Positions 16,177 to 24,263 of a DNA stretch of 43,977 nucleotides are shown here, piece by piece. The translations under genes and the position numbers were made by a program. How positions within the stretch are numbered: the first letter of the stretch is position 1; every line of letters begins with the position of its first letter. The notes under the pieces were generated by a model. That model worked only from the letters and a program-made list of their open reading frames with translations. It had not been told where the DNA came from and made no database searches. This DNA is from a candidate division WOR-3 bacterium (lineage in GTDB: Bacteria; Hydrothermota; Tepidihabitantia; Tepidihabitantales; Tepidihabitantaceae): NCBI GenBank assembly GCA_965648935.1, contig CBFGIY010000009.1, positions 1 through 43,977 on the forward strand. The letters run 5' to 3'.

Positions 16177-16884
16177 ATGAAGGAACGCTACCAGCAGCTC
16201 TGGGCCTTGCAGGCGGTCGACAAGGAACTCAAGACCCTCACGACGCGGCTGGAGAGCATCCCCACCCGCATCGCCGGGCTGAAGAAAGCCGCCGCCGACC
16301 TCAGGGCCGGTCTGGAGACCGCGCTGGCCGGCATCGTCGAGCACCGCAAGCTCTACAAGCTCGCCGAGGTCGAACTCAAGGCCGCCGAGGACAAGATCAA
16401 CGGCTACTCGGTCCAGCTCTACTCGGCCAAGACAAACGAACAATACAAGGCCTTCCTGAAGGAAATCGAGGCCCAGAAGAAACTCAAAAGCGACATCGAA
16501 GACCGGATGATCGTGCTGATGGAGGAAACCGAGACGCTCGACCGCCAGGCCAAGGCCGACCAGGCCAGGCTTGGCGACCTTGACGCCGACACCGCCCGCA
16601 AGGTGGCGCTGCTTGAGGCCGAGCAGGCCGAGCTCGAGGCGGCAGTGGCCGAACGCCAAGAGACGCGCGCCAGGCTCGTCGCCGAACTGCCCGCCGACAT
16701 CCTCAAGCGCTACGAGCGCATCCGTGAGAGCAAGGCGGGCATCGCCATCGCCACTGTCCAGAAGGAACGCTGCAGCGGCTGCCTGTCGCCGATACCGGCC
16801 CAGCGCATCGTGGAAATCGCGCGCCAGGACCGGCTCTACATCTGCGAAGCCTGCGGCCGCATCATCATTACCGCCCGCGACTAG
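16177..16884 (+). CDS. C4-type zinc ribbon domain protein (coiled-coil, DUF164/CdsZ-like)
   Basis: Long coiled coil, then YERIR, CSGC and CEACGRI. ATG 16177 after GAGGTG. Confidence 0.9.
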   Translation: MKERYQQLWALQAVDKELKTLTTRLESIPTRIAGLKKAAADLRAGLETALAGIVEHRKLYKLAEVELKAAEDKINGYSVQLYSAKTNEQYKAFLKEIEAQKKLKSDIEDRMIVLMEETETLDRQAKADQARLGDLDADTARKVALLEAEQAELEAAVAERQETRARLVAELPADILKRYERIRESKAGIAIATVQKERCSGCLSPIPAQRIVEIARQDRLYICEACGRIIITARD

Positions 16885-16892
16885 CCGGGACC

Positions 16893-17312
16893 TTGACCGG
16901 TTATCTCATCCACATCGACGGCTCGTCCCGCCGCAATCCCGGCCCGGCCGGCATCGGGGTTGCGATAAGCGACTCCATGGGCAGGGTGGTGAAAGAGATC
17001 AGCCATTCAATCGGCACAAGAACCAACAACCAGGCCGAATACGAAGCTCTGCTCTGCGCCCTGCGCGAGTGCGCCGCGCTTTCCGGTCCGGTCAGAATCC
17101 TCACCGACTCCGAGCTGCTCTACTACCAGATGACCGGCAGGTACCGCGTGCGCGATGCCGGTCTCAAACCGCTGAACGCCGAGGCGTTGCGCCTGCTCAG
17201 GCAACTGCCATCGGTGCGGCTTGAGCTTGTGCGTCGCGAGTCAAACAAGACAGCGGACAAGCTCGCCCAGTCAGCTTCGGAGCGGGCCGCACAGGCGCCC
17301 GATGCCGGCTAG
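16893..17312 (+). CDS. rnhA: Ribonuclease HI family protein
   Basis: IDGSSRRNPGPAGIG, TNNQAEYEA, TDSEL, RESNKTADKLA. TTG start. Confidence 0.9.
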   Translation: MTGYLIHIDGSSRRNPGPAGIGVAISDSMGRVVKEISHSIGTRTNNQAEYEALLCALRECAALSGPVRILTDSELLYYQMTGRYRVRDAGLKPLNAEALRLLRQLPSVRLELVRRESNKTADKLAQSASERAAQAPDAG

Positions 17313-18177
17313 CCGGAACCGCAGGTCGTCTGTCACCTGGCTGATGCCGCTGGGCACACTCGTGCAGTTCTTCCTGCCCCGCTGGTTCGCGGTGGCAATC
17401 GCGCGTGCGCTGGGCCCGTTGCTGCCGCGCCTGGACCGTGCGCGCGCCGCGACCCTGCGCGACAACCTGCGCCGTATCCTCGGACCGCGCGCCACCGCCG
17501 ATGAGCTTGACCGGCTCTGCCGCCGCGCATTCACGCACCTGCTCCAGAACAGCTTTGACCTCTTGCGCGTGCCGGTGCTGCGCCGTCGCATCACCGGCCT
17601 TGTCGAGTGCGACCCGGCCCCGCTCAATGCAGCGCTGGCCGCGGGCCGCGGCGCCATAGTCGTCACTGCCCACATCGGCAACTGGGACCTGTCCGGCGCG
17701 TACATCGCCGCGCTCGGCTATCCCATCTCTGCCGTTGTCGAGCCGGTACCGGGCGGCTGGATGCAGGCCTTTGACCGCTACCGCCGCGCGACCGCGATGC
17801 AGACCATCCCGATTCCCGACGCCGCGGCGCTGCGCGCTGCGGTCAGGGCCGGCCGCGTCGTCGCGCTCGTCGCTGACCGCGACCTCACCGGTGCCGGGAT
17901 CACCTGCCCGGCCTTCGGCGCGGCGCGCCGCTATCCGCGCGGCCCGGCCTACTATGCCCTGCGCCACCGGCTGCCCCTGCTGATCGGCATTATCAGCTTC
18001 ATGCAACGGCCCGGACGGCCGCCCTACCGCATAGATCTGGAACCGGTGAGATTCACGCCCTCGGGCCGCCTTGCCGAGGACGTCGAATCGCTCACGCGAG
18101 TTCTCGCCGCGCGCCTCAACGATTGGATTGCCCGCTACGCTGACCAGTGGCTGGTCTTCGAGCCGGGCTGGCAATGA
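17302..18177 (+). CDS. Lipid acyltransferase (LpxL/HtrB/PatA family)
   Basis: GRGAIVVTAHIGNWD (HxxxxD), LVADRD, FG....P.GPA, IARYADQW.VF.P.W. Start placed at ATG 17302. Confidence 0.85.
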   Translation: MPASRNRRSSVTWLMPLGTLVQFFLPRWFAVAIARALGPLLPRLDRARAATLRDNLRRILGPRATADELDRLCRRAFTHLLQNSFDLLRVPVLRRRITGLVECDPAPLNAALAAGRGAIVVTAHIGNWDLSGAYIAALGYPISAVVEPVPGGWMQAFDRYRRATAMQTIPIPDAAALRAAVRAGRVVALVADRDLTGAGITCPAFGAARRYPRGPAYYALRHRLPLLIGIISFMQRPGRPPYRIDLEPVRFTPSGRLAEDVESLTRVLAARLNDWIARYADQWLVFEPGWQ

Positions 18178-18611
18178 ACACGATTCCTGTCAAGGTACGA
18201 CGCCTGGCCGACGTACCCCTGCCCTGCCGCCAGACCGCGGGCAGCTCCGGGTTCGACCTCTGCGCGGCGGAGGCGGCCACGGTTCCCGCGCGCGGCTTCG
18301 TGTCGGTGAGCACCGGCATCGCGATCGAGCTTCCGCCCGGTTTCGAGGCCCAGGTCCGGCCGAGGTCGGGTCTGGCCGCGCGTTCCGGCATCGGCATCCT
18401 CAACTCGCCCGGCACGATCGACTCCGACTATCGCGGCGAGGTCAAGGTCGTGCTTTTCAACCACACTGACCAGCCCTACGCGGTCCGCCCCGGTGACCGT
18501 ATTGCCCAGCTCGTTTTCAGCCGCCTAGCAGAAGTCGAGCTGACTGAAGCCGAGCGCCTCTCCGACTCCGAACGCGGCGCAGGCGGTTTCGGTCACACGG
18601 GCCGCGGTTGA
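18174..18611 (+). CDS. dut: dUTP diphosphatase
   Basis: SGFDL, RPRSGLA, PGTIDSDYRGE, GDRIAQL, RGAGGFGHTG. ATG 18174 overlaps the upstream stop. Confidence 0.97.
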   Translation: MNTIPVKVRRLADVPLPCRQTAGSSGFDLCAAEAATVPARGFVSVSTGIAIELPPGFEAQVRPRSGLAARSGIGILNSPGTIDSDYRGEVKVVLFNHTDQPYAVRPGDRIAQLVFSRLAEVELTEAERLSDSERGAGGFGHTGRG

Positions 18612-20116
18612 TGCCACGCCCTCTGCGCGTCTGCCTCGTCTCCGCCGCGTACCGTCCCTATCCTTCGGGCTTGAGCGAACACGTCCGCAATCTCGCGCTC
18701 GGCCTGCGCCGTCTCGGTCTCGACGTCGCGGTACTGACCACGCGCTTCGCCGGTGCCGACGACAACGCCGAGCCCTTCGCGGTCAAGCGCTGCGGCCGGG
18801 CCCTGCTCGTGCCGATGAACGGTTCGTACGCGACTCTGCCGATCGGGTTGCGCCTCGGCGTCGAGGTGCGCGACTACCTCGCCGCGCAGGAATTCGACAT
18901 CGTCCACTGCCACGGCCTGCACTGGCCTGAGATTTCCTACTGGGCAATCCGCCACAGCCGCTCGGTCAACCTCGTCACCTGTGTCAGCGCAGGATTCCGC
19001 ATTCACACAACCGGCAGCGGCCTCTACCGGTTTCTCTTCCGCCGCCACCTCAGCCGCATCCGCGCCCGCATCGCGGTATCACGGCGTGCCCGCGACGCGG
19101 CCGAGCCCTACGTGCCCGGCGACTGGCGCATCATCCCCTGCGGAGTCGACCTCGAACGGTTCCGTCCCGGACTGCCTGCTCCGGAGGCGCTCGGCCGCGG
19201 AACGGGGGGCAGGAAGTCCGACGCTCCTCTCATACTCTTTCTCGGCCGGCTGGACCGTCGCAAGGGACTGGCGGTGCTGCTGCGCGCCCTGCCGTTGATT
19301 CGGACGCGCCTGCCCGATGTGCGACTGGTCGTGGTCGGTTCCGGCCCGCTCGAGGCCGACTCGCGCCGGCTCGCCCGACGGCTGGGCATTGCCGGCTGCG
19401 TGGATTTCGTCGGCCGGCCGGGCGATGACGATGTTCCGGCCTGGTTCGCATCGGCCGACCTCTACTGCTCCCCGGCCCTCGGCGGCGAGACCCTGGGCAT
19501 AGTGCTGCTCGAGGCGCTGGCTTGCGGCACGCCGACCATCGCTTCACGCATCCCCGGTTACGACGAGACCATCCGCGACGGCACGGACGGGGTTCTCTTC
19601 ACGGCGGGCAACGCGGCCGCGCTGGCCGACGCCGCTGTCCGGGTGCTGTCTGACCCCGACCTCGCCGCCCGGCTGCGCGCGGCCGGCCCGGTCCGCGCCG
19701 AGGCATACGCTTGGCCCCGGGTCTGCGCCCAGACCCTGGAATTGTATCAGGAACTGCTGTCGGGGCCGCCGGCCAGCTCGTCGGCCAGCGCCTTGAACTG
19801 GACCGGCGCGAGAGTCTCGGCACGCGCCGCCGGATCGATACCGGCGCGCTTGAGCGCCGCGACCGCACTATCGCGGCTCAGGCCCGCCAGAGTGGCCAGG
19901 CTGTTGGCAATCATCTTGCGCCGCTGGGCGAAGCTCGCCTTCACGACGCGGCGAAACAGCGCCTCATCAGTCAGGTCGAACAGCGGCCGCGCCAGCCGGG
20001 TCAAACGGAATACTGTCGAAACGACATCCGGCCTGGGCTTGAACGCGCCCGGCTCGATGTTGAACAGCCTCTCGCGTGCCATGACCCGGGCAAAGAACAC
20101 CGAAACCGCGCCGTAG
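18611..20116 (+). CDS. Glycosyltransferase family 4 (PimA-like); recognisable domain ends near 19760, frame continues antisense to rsmA
   Basis: FDIVHCH, IIPCGVD..RF, LFLGRLDRRKGL, GGETLGIVLLEALACG, YAW..V...LE.Y. Confidence 0.85.
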   Translation: MPRPLRVCLVSAAYRPYPSGLSEHVRNLALGLRRLGLDVAVLTTRFAGADDNAEPFAVKRCGRALLVPMNGSYATLPIGLRLGVEVRDYLAAQEFDIVHCHGLHWPEISYWAIRHSRSVNLVTCVSAGFRIHTTGSGLYRFLFRRHLSRIRARIAVSRRARDAAEPYVPGDWRIIPCGVDLERFRPGLPAPEALGRGTGGRKSDAPLILFLGRLDRRKGLAVLLRALPLIRTRLPDVRLVVVGSGPLEADSRRLARRLGIAGCVDFVGRPGDDDVPAWFASADLYCSPALGGETLGIVLLEALACGTPTIASRIPGYDETIRDGTDGVLFTAGNAAALADAAVRVLSDPDLAARLRAAGPVRAEAYAWPRVCAQTLELYQELLSGPPASSSASALNWTGARVSARAAGSIPARLSAATALSRLRPARVARLLAIILRRWAKLAFTTRRNSASSVRSNSGRASRVKRNTVETTSGLGLNAPGSMLNSLSRAMTRAKNTETAP

Positions 20117-20550
20117 TCCCGGCTTCCCGGCTCGGCCAGCACGCGCAGCGCAAATTCGCGCTGCGTCGTGAACACGCCCGCAGACCACGATTGCGCGTGG
20201 TCAAGCAATCGGAACAACATCTGTGATGCAACGTTGTAAGGCAGGTTGCCGATGACGCGCAGGCCGCGCAGACTGCACAGATCAAACTCGAGGAAATCGC
20301 CGTGAACGACATCGAGGCGCGCTGAGGCCAGTTCCGAACGCAGGCCCTCAGCCAGTCGTTCATCCAGCTCGACCGCGATGACCCGCCCGGCGCGTTCCAG
20401 CAAGCGACGGGTCAGGATGCCCTTGCCCGGCCCGATTTCCAGCACGGTGTCGGCCGGCCCGCACCCGAGGCTGTCAACGATGGCATCGGCTGTCGGCTCG
20501 TGGGTGAGAAATGACTGACCCAGGCCCTTGCGCGGACGGATGTGTTTCAC
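19747..20550 (-). CDS. rsmA: 16S rRNA A1518/A1519 dimethyltransferase
   Basis: KGLGQSFL, VLEIGPGKGILT, GNLPYNV, FKPRPDVVS, FAQRRK, RAETL. Confidence 0.96.
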   Translation of the reverse strand: MKHIRPRKGLGQSFLTHEPTADAIVDSLGCGPADTVLEIGPGKGILTRRLLERAGRVIAVELDERLAEGLRSELASARLDVVHGDFLEFDLCSLRGLRVIGNLPYNVASQMLFRLLDHAQSWSAGVFTTQREFALRVLAEPGSRDYGAVSVFFARVMARERLFNIEPGAFKPRPDVVSTVFRLTRLARPLFDLTDEALFRRVVKASFAQRRKMIANSLATLAGLSRDSAVAALKRAGIDPAARAETLAPVQFKALADELAGGPDSSS

Positions 20551-20607
20551 GCGGCTCGAGCTGCGCTGTCGGCAGTCACGGTCTGAGGCCGGACCGGTAA
20601 CGGATGC

Positions 20608-21405
20608 TCAGATACCGAAACAGCGCAGCGCGCTCGCCCGCGTGGTCTGGGCAAGTTCGCCGGCGGTCGTTCCCAGGGCACTCGCCACGGCCTCCAGAGT
20701 CTGGACAAGAAACGCCGGCTCGTTGCGCTGGCCGCGCAGCTGGGCCGGGGCGAGGTAGGGGGCGTCGGTTTCGACCATCAGCCGGTCGCGCGGCACCTGC
20801 CGGGCGATCTCGGCCAGGCGTTCCTCGCCGTAGGTGAAGTTGCCCGCGAACGATATGTACAACCCCTTCTCAATCGCCCATTCGGCAAACTTGCGGTCCC
20901 CGGAGAAGCAGTGAATCACGCCGTTGAAGTAGCCGTGCTCATCCATTATCGCGCGGGTGCGGCTGGCCGAGTCACGCATGTGAATGACCATCGGCATCGC
21001 CAGCATCCGCGCCAGCTCTATCTGGGCCGAGAACGCCGTCTCCTGGTTGGCGCGCGAACTGATCCCGCGAAAGAAGTCAAGACCGATCTCGCCGATCGCC
21101 TTCACCTTGGGCTCGATGCAGAGGTCCTTGAGGTACTGGACGTCAACCGAGCGAAAAAGGTCGGCCTCGTGGGGATGGACACCGATCGCGCACCACAGGC
21201 CTTCGTGCTTGCGGCACAGGGCGACGGTTTCGCGGCTGTCCGGCACGCTCTGGCTGGCACATAGAATGTCGCGCACGCCGATTGAATGAGCCCGCTTCAG
21301 CGTCGCGTTGAGGTCAACGCCGAACTGCGGGTCGGTCAGATGGCAATGCGAATCAAACAGCATCAGGCCGTCGGGGTTATCGCGGGAGCGGCGGGCCGCT
21401 TTCAC
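20608..21405 (-). CDS. tatD: TatD family hydrolase
   Basis: DSHCH, GVHPH, AIGEIGLDF, IHCFSG, VETDAPYLAP, RNEP. Confidence 0.95.
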   Translation of the reverse strand: MKAARRSRDNPDGLMLFDSHCHLTDPQFGVDLNATLKRAHSIGVRDILCASQSVPDSRETVALCRKHEGLWCAIGVHPHEADLFRSVDVQYLKDLCIEPKVKAIGEIGLDFFRGISSRANQETAFSAQIELARMLAMPMVIHMRDSASRTRAIMDEHGYFNGVIHCFSGDRKFAEWAIEKGLYISFAGNFTYGEERLAEIARQVPRDRLMVETDAPYLAPAQLRGQRNEPAFLVQTLEAVASALGTTAGELAQTTRASALRCFGI

Positions 21406-23417
21406 GATACGACCGCTCCCGGCGCCAGGTCTCGGTCGAGCGTCAGGAGCGTCATCCCGTCCGGCCCGGTCGCGGCCAAGAGCATCCCGTTCGACTCGAC
21501 GCCGCGAATCTTCGCCGGCGCGAGATTGGCGACGACTATTATCGTCCTGCCGACCAGCGCTTCCGGCTCATAGGCCTTGCCGATGCCGGCGACTATCTGA
21601 CGCTGCTCAGCGCCGAGGTCGATGACCAGCCTGAGCAGCTTGTCCGCGCCGGCAACGCGCTCGCAGGAGAGCACCTTCGCCACCTTCATCTCGACCTTCT
21701 TGAACTCCTCGAACGATATCACTTTGTCCTCCGGTTCCGCACATGGCTTCGCCCCGGACTGGTTCGATGGCCGGCCCAGCCTCGCGACCTGCGCCGCGAT
21801 GCGCTCGTCCTCAATCTTGCCGAACAGTATCTCGGCCGGACCCAGTTCGTTCGGCAACTCTGCCCGCGCCGCATCATCCCAGTTGCGCCGGCCCAGCCCG
21901 AGCATCGCTCCGACCTTGCGGCTGGTGAAAGGGAGGAACGGGTAGCACAGCACCTCAAGCGCCGACACCAGCCGCAGGCACGCCGCGATCGTCCGGTCGC
22001 ACTGCGCTCGGTCGGTCTTGAAGCTGCGCCACGGCGCCTGGTAGTCGAAATAGCGGTTGCCCAGCGCGGGCAGGGTCATTAGTTCGCGCGCCGCGTCTTT
22101 TATGCGGTAGCCGTCAATGAGGGCGCCGAGCCTCGCCGGCGCTTCGGCAATCGCCCGCATGACCTCGCCGCCCGCGTCGTCCTCCGGCGCCGCCGTCGGG
22201 CAGCGCCCGGCGTAGTTCTTCCTGGTGAACACCGCGACCCGGTTGATGAAATTGCCCAGCACGTCAGCCAGCTCGTTGTTGTTGCGCGCCTGGAAATCGT
22301 GCCACGTGAAGTCCACGTCCCGGTTCTCGGGCAGATTCACGCCCAGCGCGTAGCGCAGAGCATCCGCCGGGAACTCCTTGAGGTACTCGGGCAGCCACAC
22401 CGCCCAGTTGCGCGAGGTCGAGATCTTATCGCCCTCAAGGTTTAGAAACTCGTTGGCCGGCACGTCGGCGGGCAGGACGAAGTCGCCGTGCGCCATCAGC
22501 ATCGCCGGCCAGACAATGGCATGGAACACTATGTTGTCCTTGCCGATGAAGTGAACCATCCTGGTCTTCTGGTCCAGCCAGTAGTCCTTCCACCGGTCCG
22601 GCCTGCCCTGCCGTTCGGCCCACTCCTTAGTCGACGATATATAGCCGATGGGCGCGTCGAACCAGACGTACATCACCTTGTCCCCTGCCTCGGACAGGGG
22701 CACGCGCACGCCCCACGACAGGTCGCGGGTCACCGACCGGTCGCGCAACCCCTTGTCGAACCAGCCCCGGCAGAACTGCTTCACGTTGGGCTTCCAGTCG
22801 GGCTTCGCGTCCAACCACTGCCGCAGCTGACCCTCGAACCTGGACAAAGCGAAGAACCAGTGCGTCGTCTCGCGTATCTCGGGCGTCGAGCCGCAGGTCT
22901 TGCAGCGCGGCTCGATGAGGTCGAAAGGCTCGATCCAGCGACCGCACGCCTCGCACTGATCCCCGCGCGCGCCCGGGTTACCGCAGTGCGGGCAGGTGCC
23001 TTCGACGTAGCGGTCGGCCAGAAACATCTTGTCCTTCGGGCAATAGAGCTGGCGCGTCGTCTGCGGCACCAAGAAACCCTTCTGGTGCACGCGGCGGAAG
23101 AAGTCCTGCGCGGTCTGGTGATGCACGGGAAGCGAAGTCCGGGAGTAGTTGTCGAACTCCATCCCGAACCTCTCAAAGGCGGTCTTGATGCTCGAGTGGT
23201 ACCGGTCGATTATCTCCTGGGGCGTGCAGCCCGCCTGCTGGGCCGCGATGGTGATGGGCACACCGTGTTCGTCCGAGCCGCAGATATACACGACATCGCT
23301 GCCCTTGAGCCGGTGATACTTGACAAAGATGTCAGCGGGCAGGTAGGCGCCGGCCAGGTGTCCCAGGTGCAAATCCCCGTTGGCGTAGGGCAGCGCGCTC
23401 GTCACCAGCAGTTTCAC
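21402..23417 (-). CDS. metG: Methionine--tRNA ligase with C-terminal tRNA-binding domain
   Basis: TSALPYANG.LHLGH, GSDEHG, Zn knuckles, YVWFDA, GKDNI.FH, KISTS, NLAPAKIRGVESNGM. Confidence 0.97.
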   Translation of the reverse strand: MKLLVTSALPYANGDLHLGHLAGAYLPADIFVKYHRLKGSDVVYICGSDEHGVPITIAAQQAGCTPQEIIDRYHSSIKTAFERFGMEFDNYSRTSLPVHHQTAQDFFRRVHQKGFLVPQTTRQLYCPKDKMFLADRYVEGTCPHCGNPGARGDQCEACGRWIEPFDLIEPRCKTCGSTPEIRETTHWFFALSRFEGQLRQWLDAKPDWKPNVKQFCRGWFDKGLRDRSVTRDLSWGVRVPLSEAGDKVMYVWFDAPIGYISSTKEWAERQGRPDRWKDYWLDQKTRMVHFIGKDNIVFHAIVWPAMLMAHGDFVLPADVPANEFLNLEGDKISTSRNWAVWLPEYLKEFPADALRYALGVNLPENRDVDFTWHDFQARNNNELADVLGNFINRVAVFTRKNYAGRCPTAAPEDDAGGEVMRAIAEAPARLGALIDGYRIKDAARELMTLPALGNRYFDYQAPWRSFKTDRAQCDRTIAACLRLVSALEVLCYPFLPFTSRKVGAMLGLGRRNWDDAARAELPNELGPAEILFGKIEDERIAAQVARLGRPSNQSGAKPCAEPEDKVISFEEFKKVEMKVAKVLSCERVAGADKLLRLVIDLGAEQRQIVAGIGKAYEPEALVGRTIIVVANLAPAKIRGVESNGMLLAATGPDGMTLLTLDRDLAPGAVVS

Positions 23418-23424
23418 GGCGCTA

Positions 23425-23452
23425 AGGATACCCCCAGACTACCCCAAGTCAA
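23425..23452 (-). promoter_or_regulatory. Sigma70-like promoter of metG, probably leaderless
   Basis: TTGACT (23452-23447), 16 nt, TATCCT (23430-23425), then 7 nt to GTG 23417. No SD. Confidence 0.6.
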
Positions 23453-23469
23453 GCAGCCTCCCCGTCTGC

Positions 23470-23502
23470 AAAGATGGCCGGCCGGGCTCATGCCGGCCGG
23501 CC
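23470..23502 (-). terminator. Probable terminator of the small-protein gene
   Basis: 10-bp stem GGCCGGCCGG/CCGGCCGGCC (23476-23502) followed on the minus strand by ATCTTT. Confidence 0.5.
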
Positions 23503-23519
23503 GTGGGACAAGTTTCCGG

Positions 23520-23696
23520 CTACAGCGCGGGCGGCGCCTCCATTTCGACATAGCCCACGACGCGGTCCTGTCGGAACGAAGCCACGAGCTTCCCGTCTTT
23601 GTGGAAGTAGTAGTACCCTTCCTTGATCTCGACCTTGTCCGCTTCGATGTTCACAAACGGCCGCCGCTCGAAGTCGATGTATACCTCTAACCGCAT
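23520..23696 (-). CDS. Hypothetical 58-aa small protein
   Basis: MRLEVYIDFERRPFVNIEADKVEIKEGYYYFHKDGKLVASFRQDRVVGYVEMEAPPAL. Strong RBS AAAGGAG, own promoter, downstream hairpin, GC3-rich codons. Confidence 0.75.
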   Translation of the reverse strand: MRLEVYIDFERRPFVNIEADKVEIKEGYYYFHKDGKLVASFRQDRVVGYVEMEAPPAL

Positions 23697-23739
23697 CACG
23701 CTTCTCCTTTGCTTGTGCCGGCATTCTGCCAGCACCCAG

Positions 23740-23769
23740 ATTCTAGACCGCCTGCCGCCACTTTGTCAA
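23740..23769 (-). promoter_or_regulatory. Sigma70-like promoter of the small-protein gene
   Basis: TTGACA (23769-23764), 18 nt, TAGAAT (23745-23740). Confidence 0.65.
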
Positions 23770-24226
23770 GCGCAGTCCGGGCACTGCCCGCGCACGCCAC
23801 CCGAGAACGCCGCTCACAGCCATCACCTCGCACATCCTGGTCCGGGGCGAGTCCCTGATATGTCTCGGCCAAGTCAGGCCAGCGGGCGTGCCAGAGCAGA
23901 CCCGGTTGCCAGCTGGGGCGCCCGGACCTGCTGTCTCGCGCGCTCCGCGGCCTCGTCTGGCGGCTTTCCGCTGCATCGTCTGGACTGCCAGGAAGTAGCG
24001 TGCGCCTCGGCATTCACCGCCTCAATCCTTGACGCCGGGGGAACCGTCCCCCGGACGACAAGGTCAGGATGCTTGAATCCGGCTCAAGCTTCGGCTGGAT
24101 AGGCAGTTGAATCAGGCAACCGGGAATCTGTCGACTTGACGCACAGGCTAAATTCTCCCCTGCCCGCCAGCGACATCCCCGCATCCACACGCATGCTTGC
24201 AGACCCGAACCGCCCTGTCGGATGTC

Positions 24227-24253
24227 TTGACAATCGGGCCTCGCTGATAGAAT
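24227..24253 (+). promoter_or_regulatory. Promoter of the miaB operon (extended -10), very short leader
   Basis: TTGACA (24227-24232), 15 nt including TG, TAGAAT (24248-24253), then 10 nt to GTG 24264. Confidence 0.55.
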
Positions 24254-24263
24254 CTGTGTCAAA

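Noticed and set aside
16885..17320. RNase P RNA, often found near Zn-ribbon/RNase H genes
   Set aside because: No space for it and no GAGGAAAGTCC signature.
23696..24013. 105-aa minus-strand ORF ending at the small-protein start
   Set aside because: Composition is not protein-like and it runs through the small gene's own promoter; not fully excluded.
24015..24215. Calling the structured region 6S RNA or a c-di-AMP/c-di-GMP riboswitch
   Set aside because: Only fragments match: no CAGCTAAC element and no long 6S-type rod that I could build. Left as an unassigned finding.
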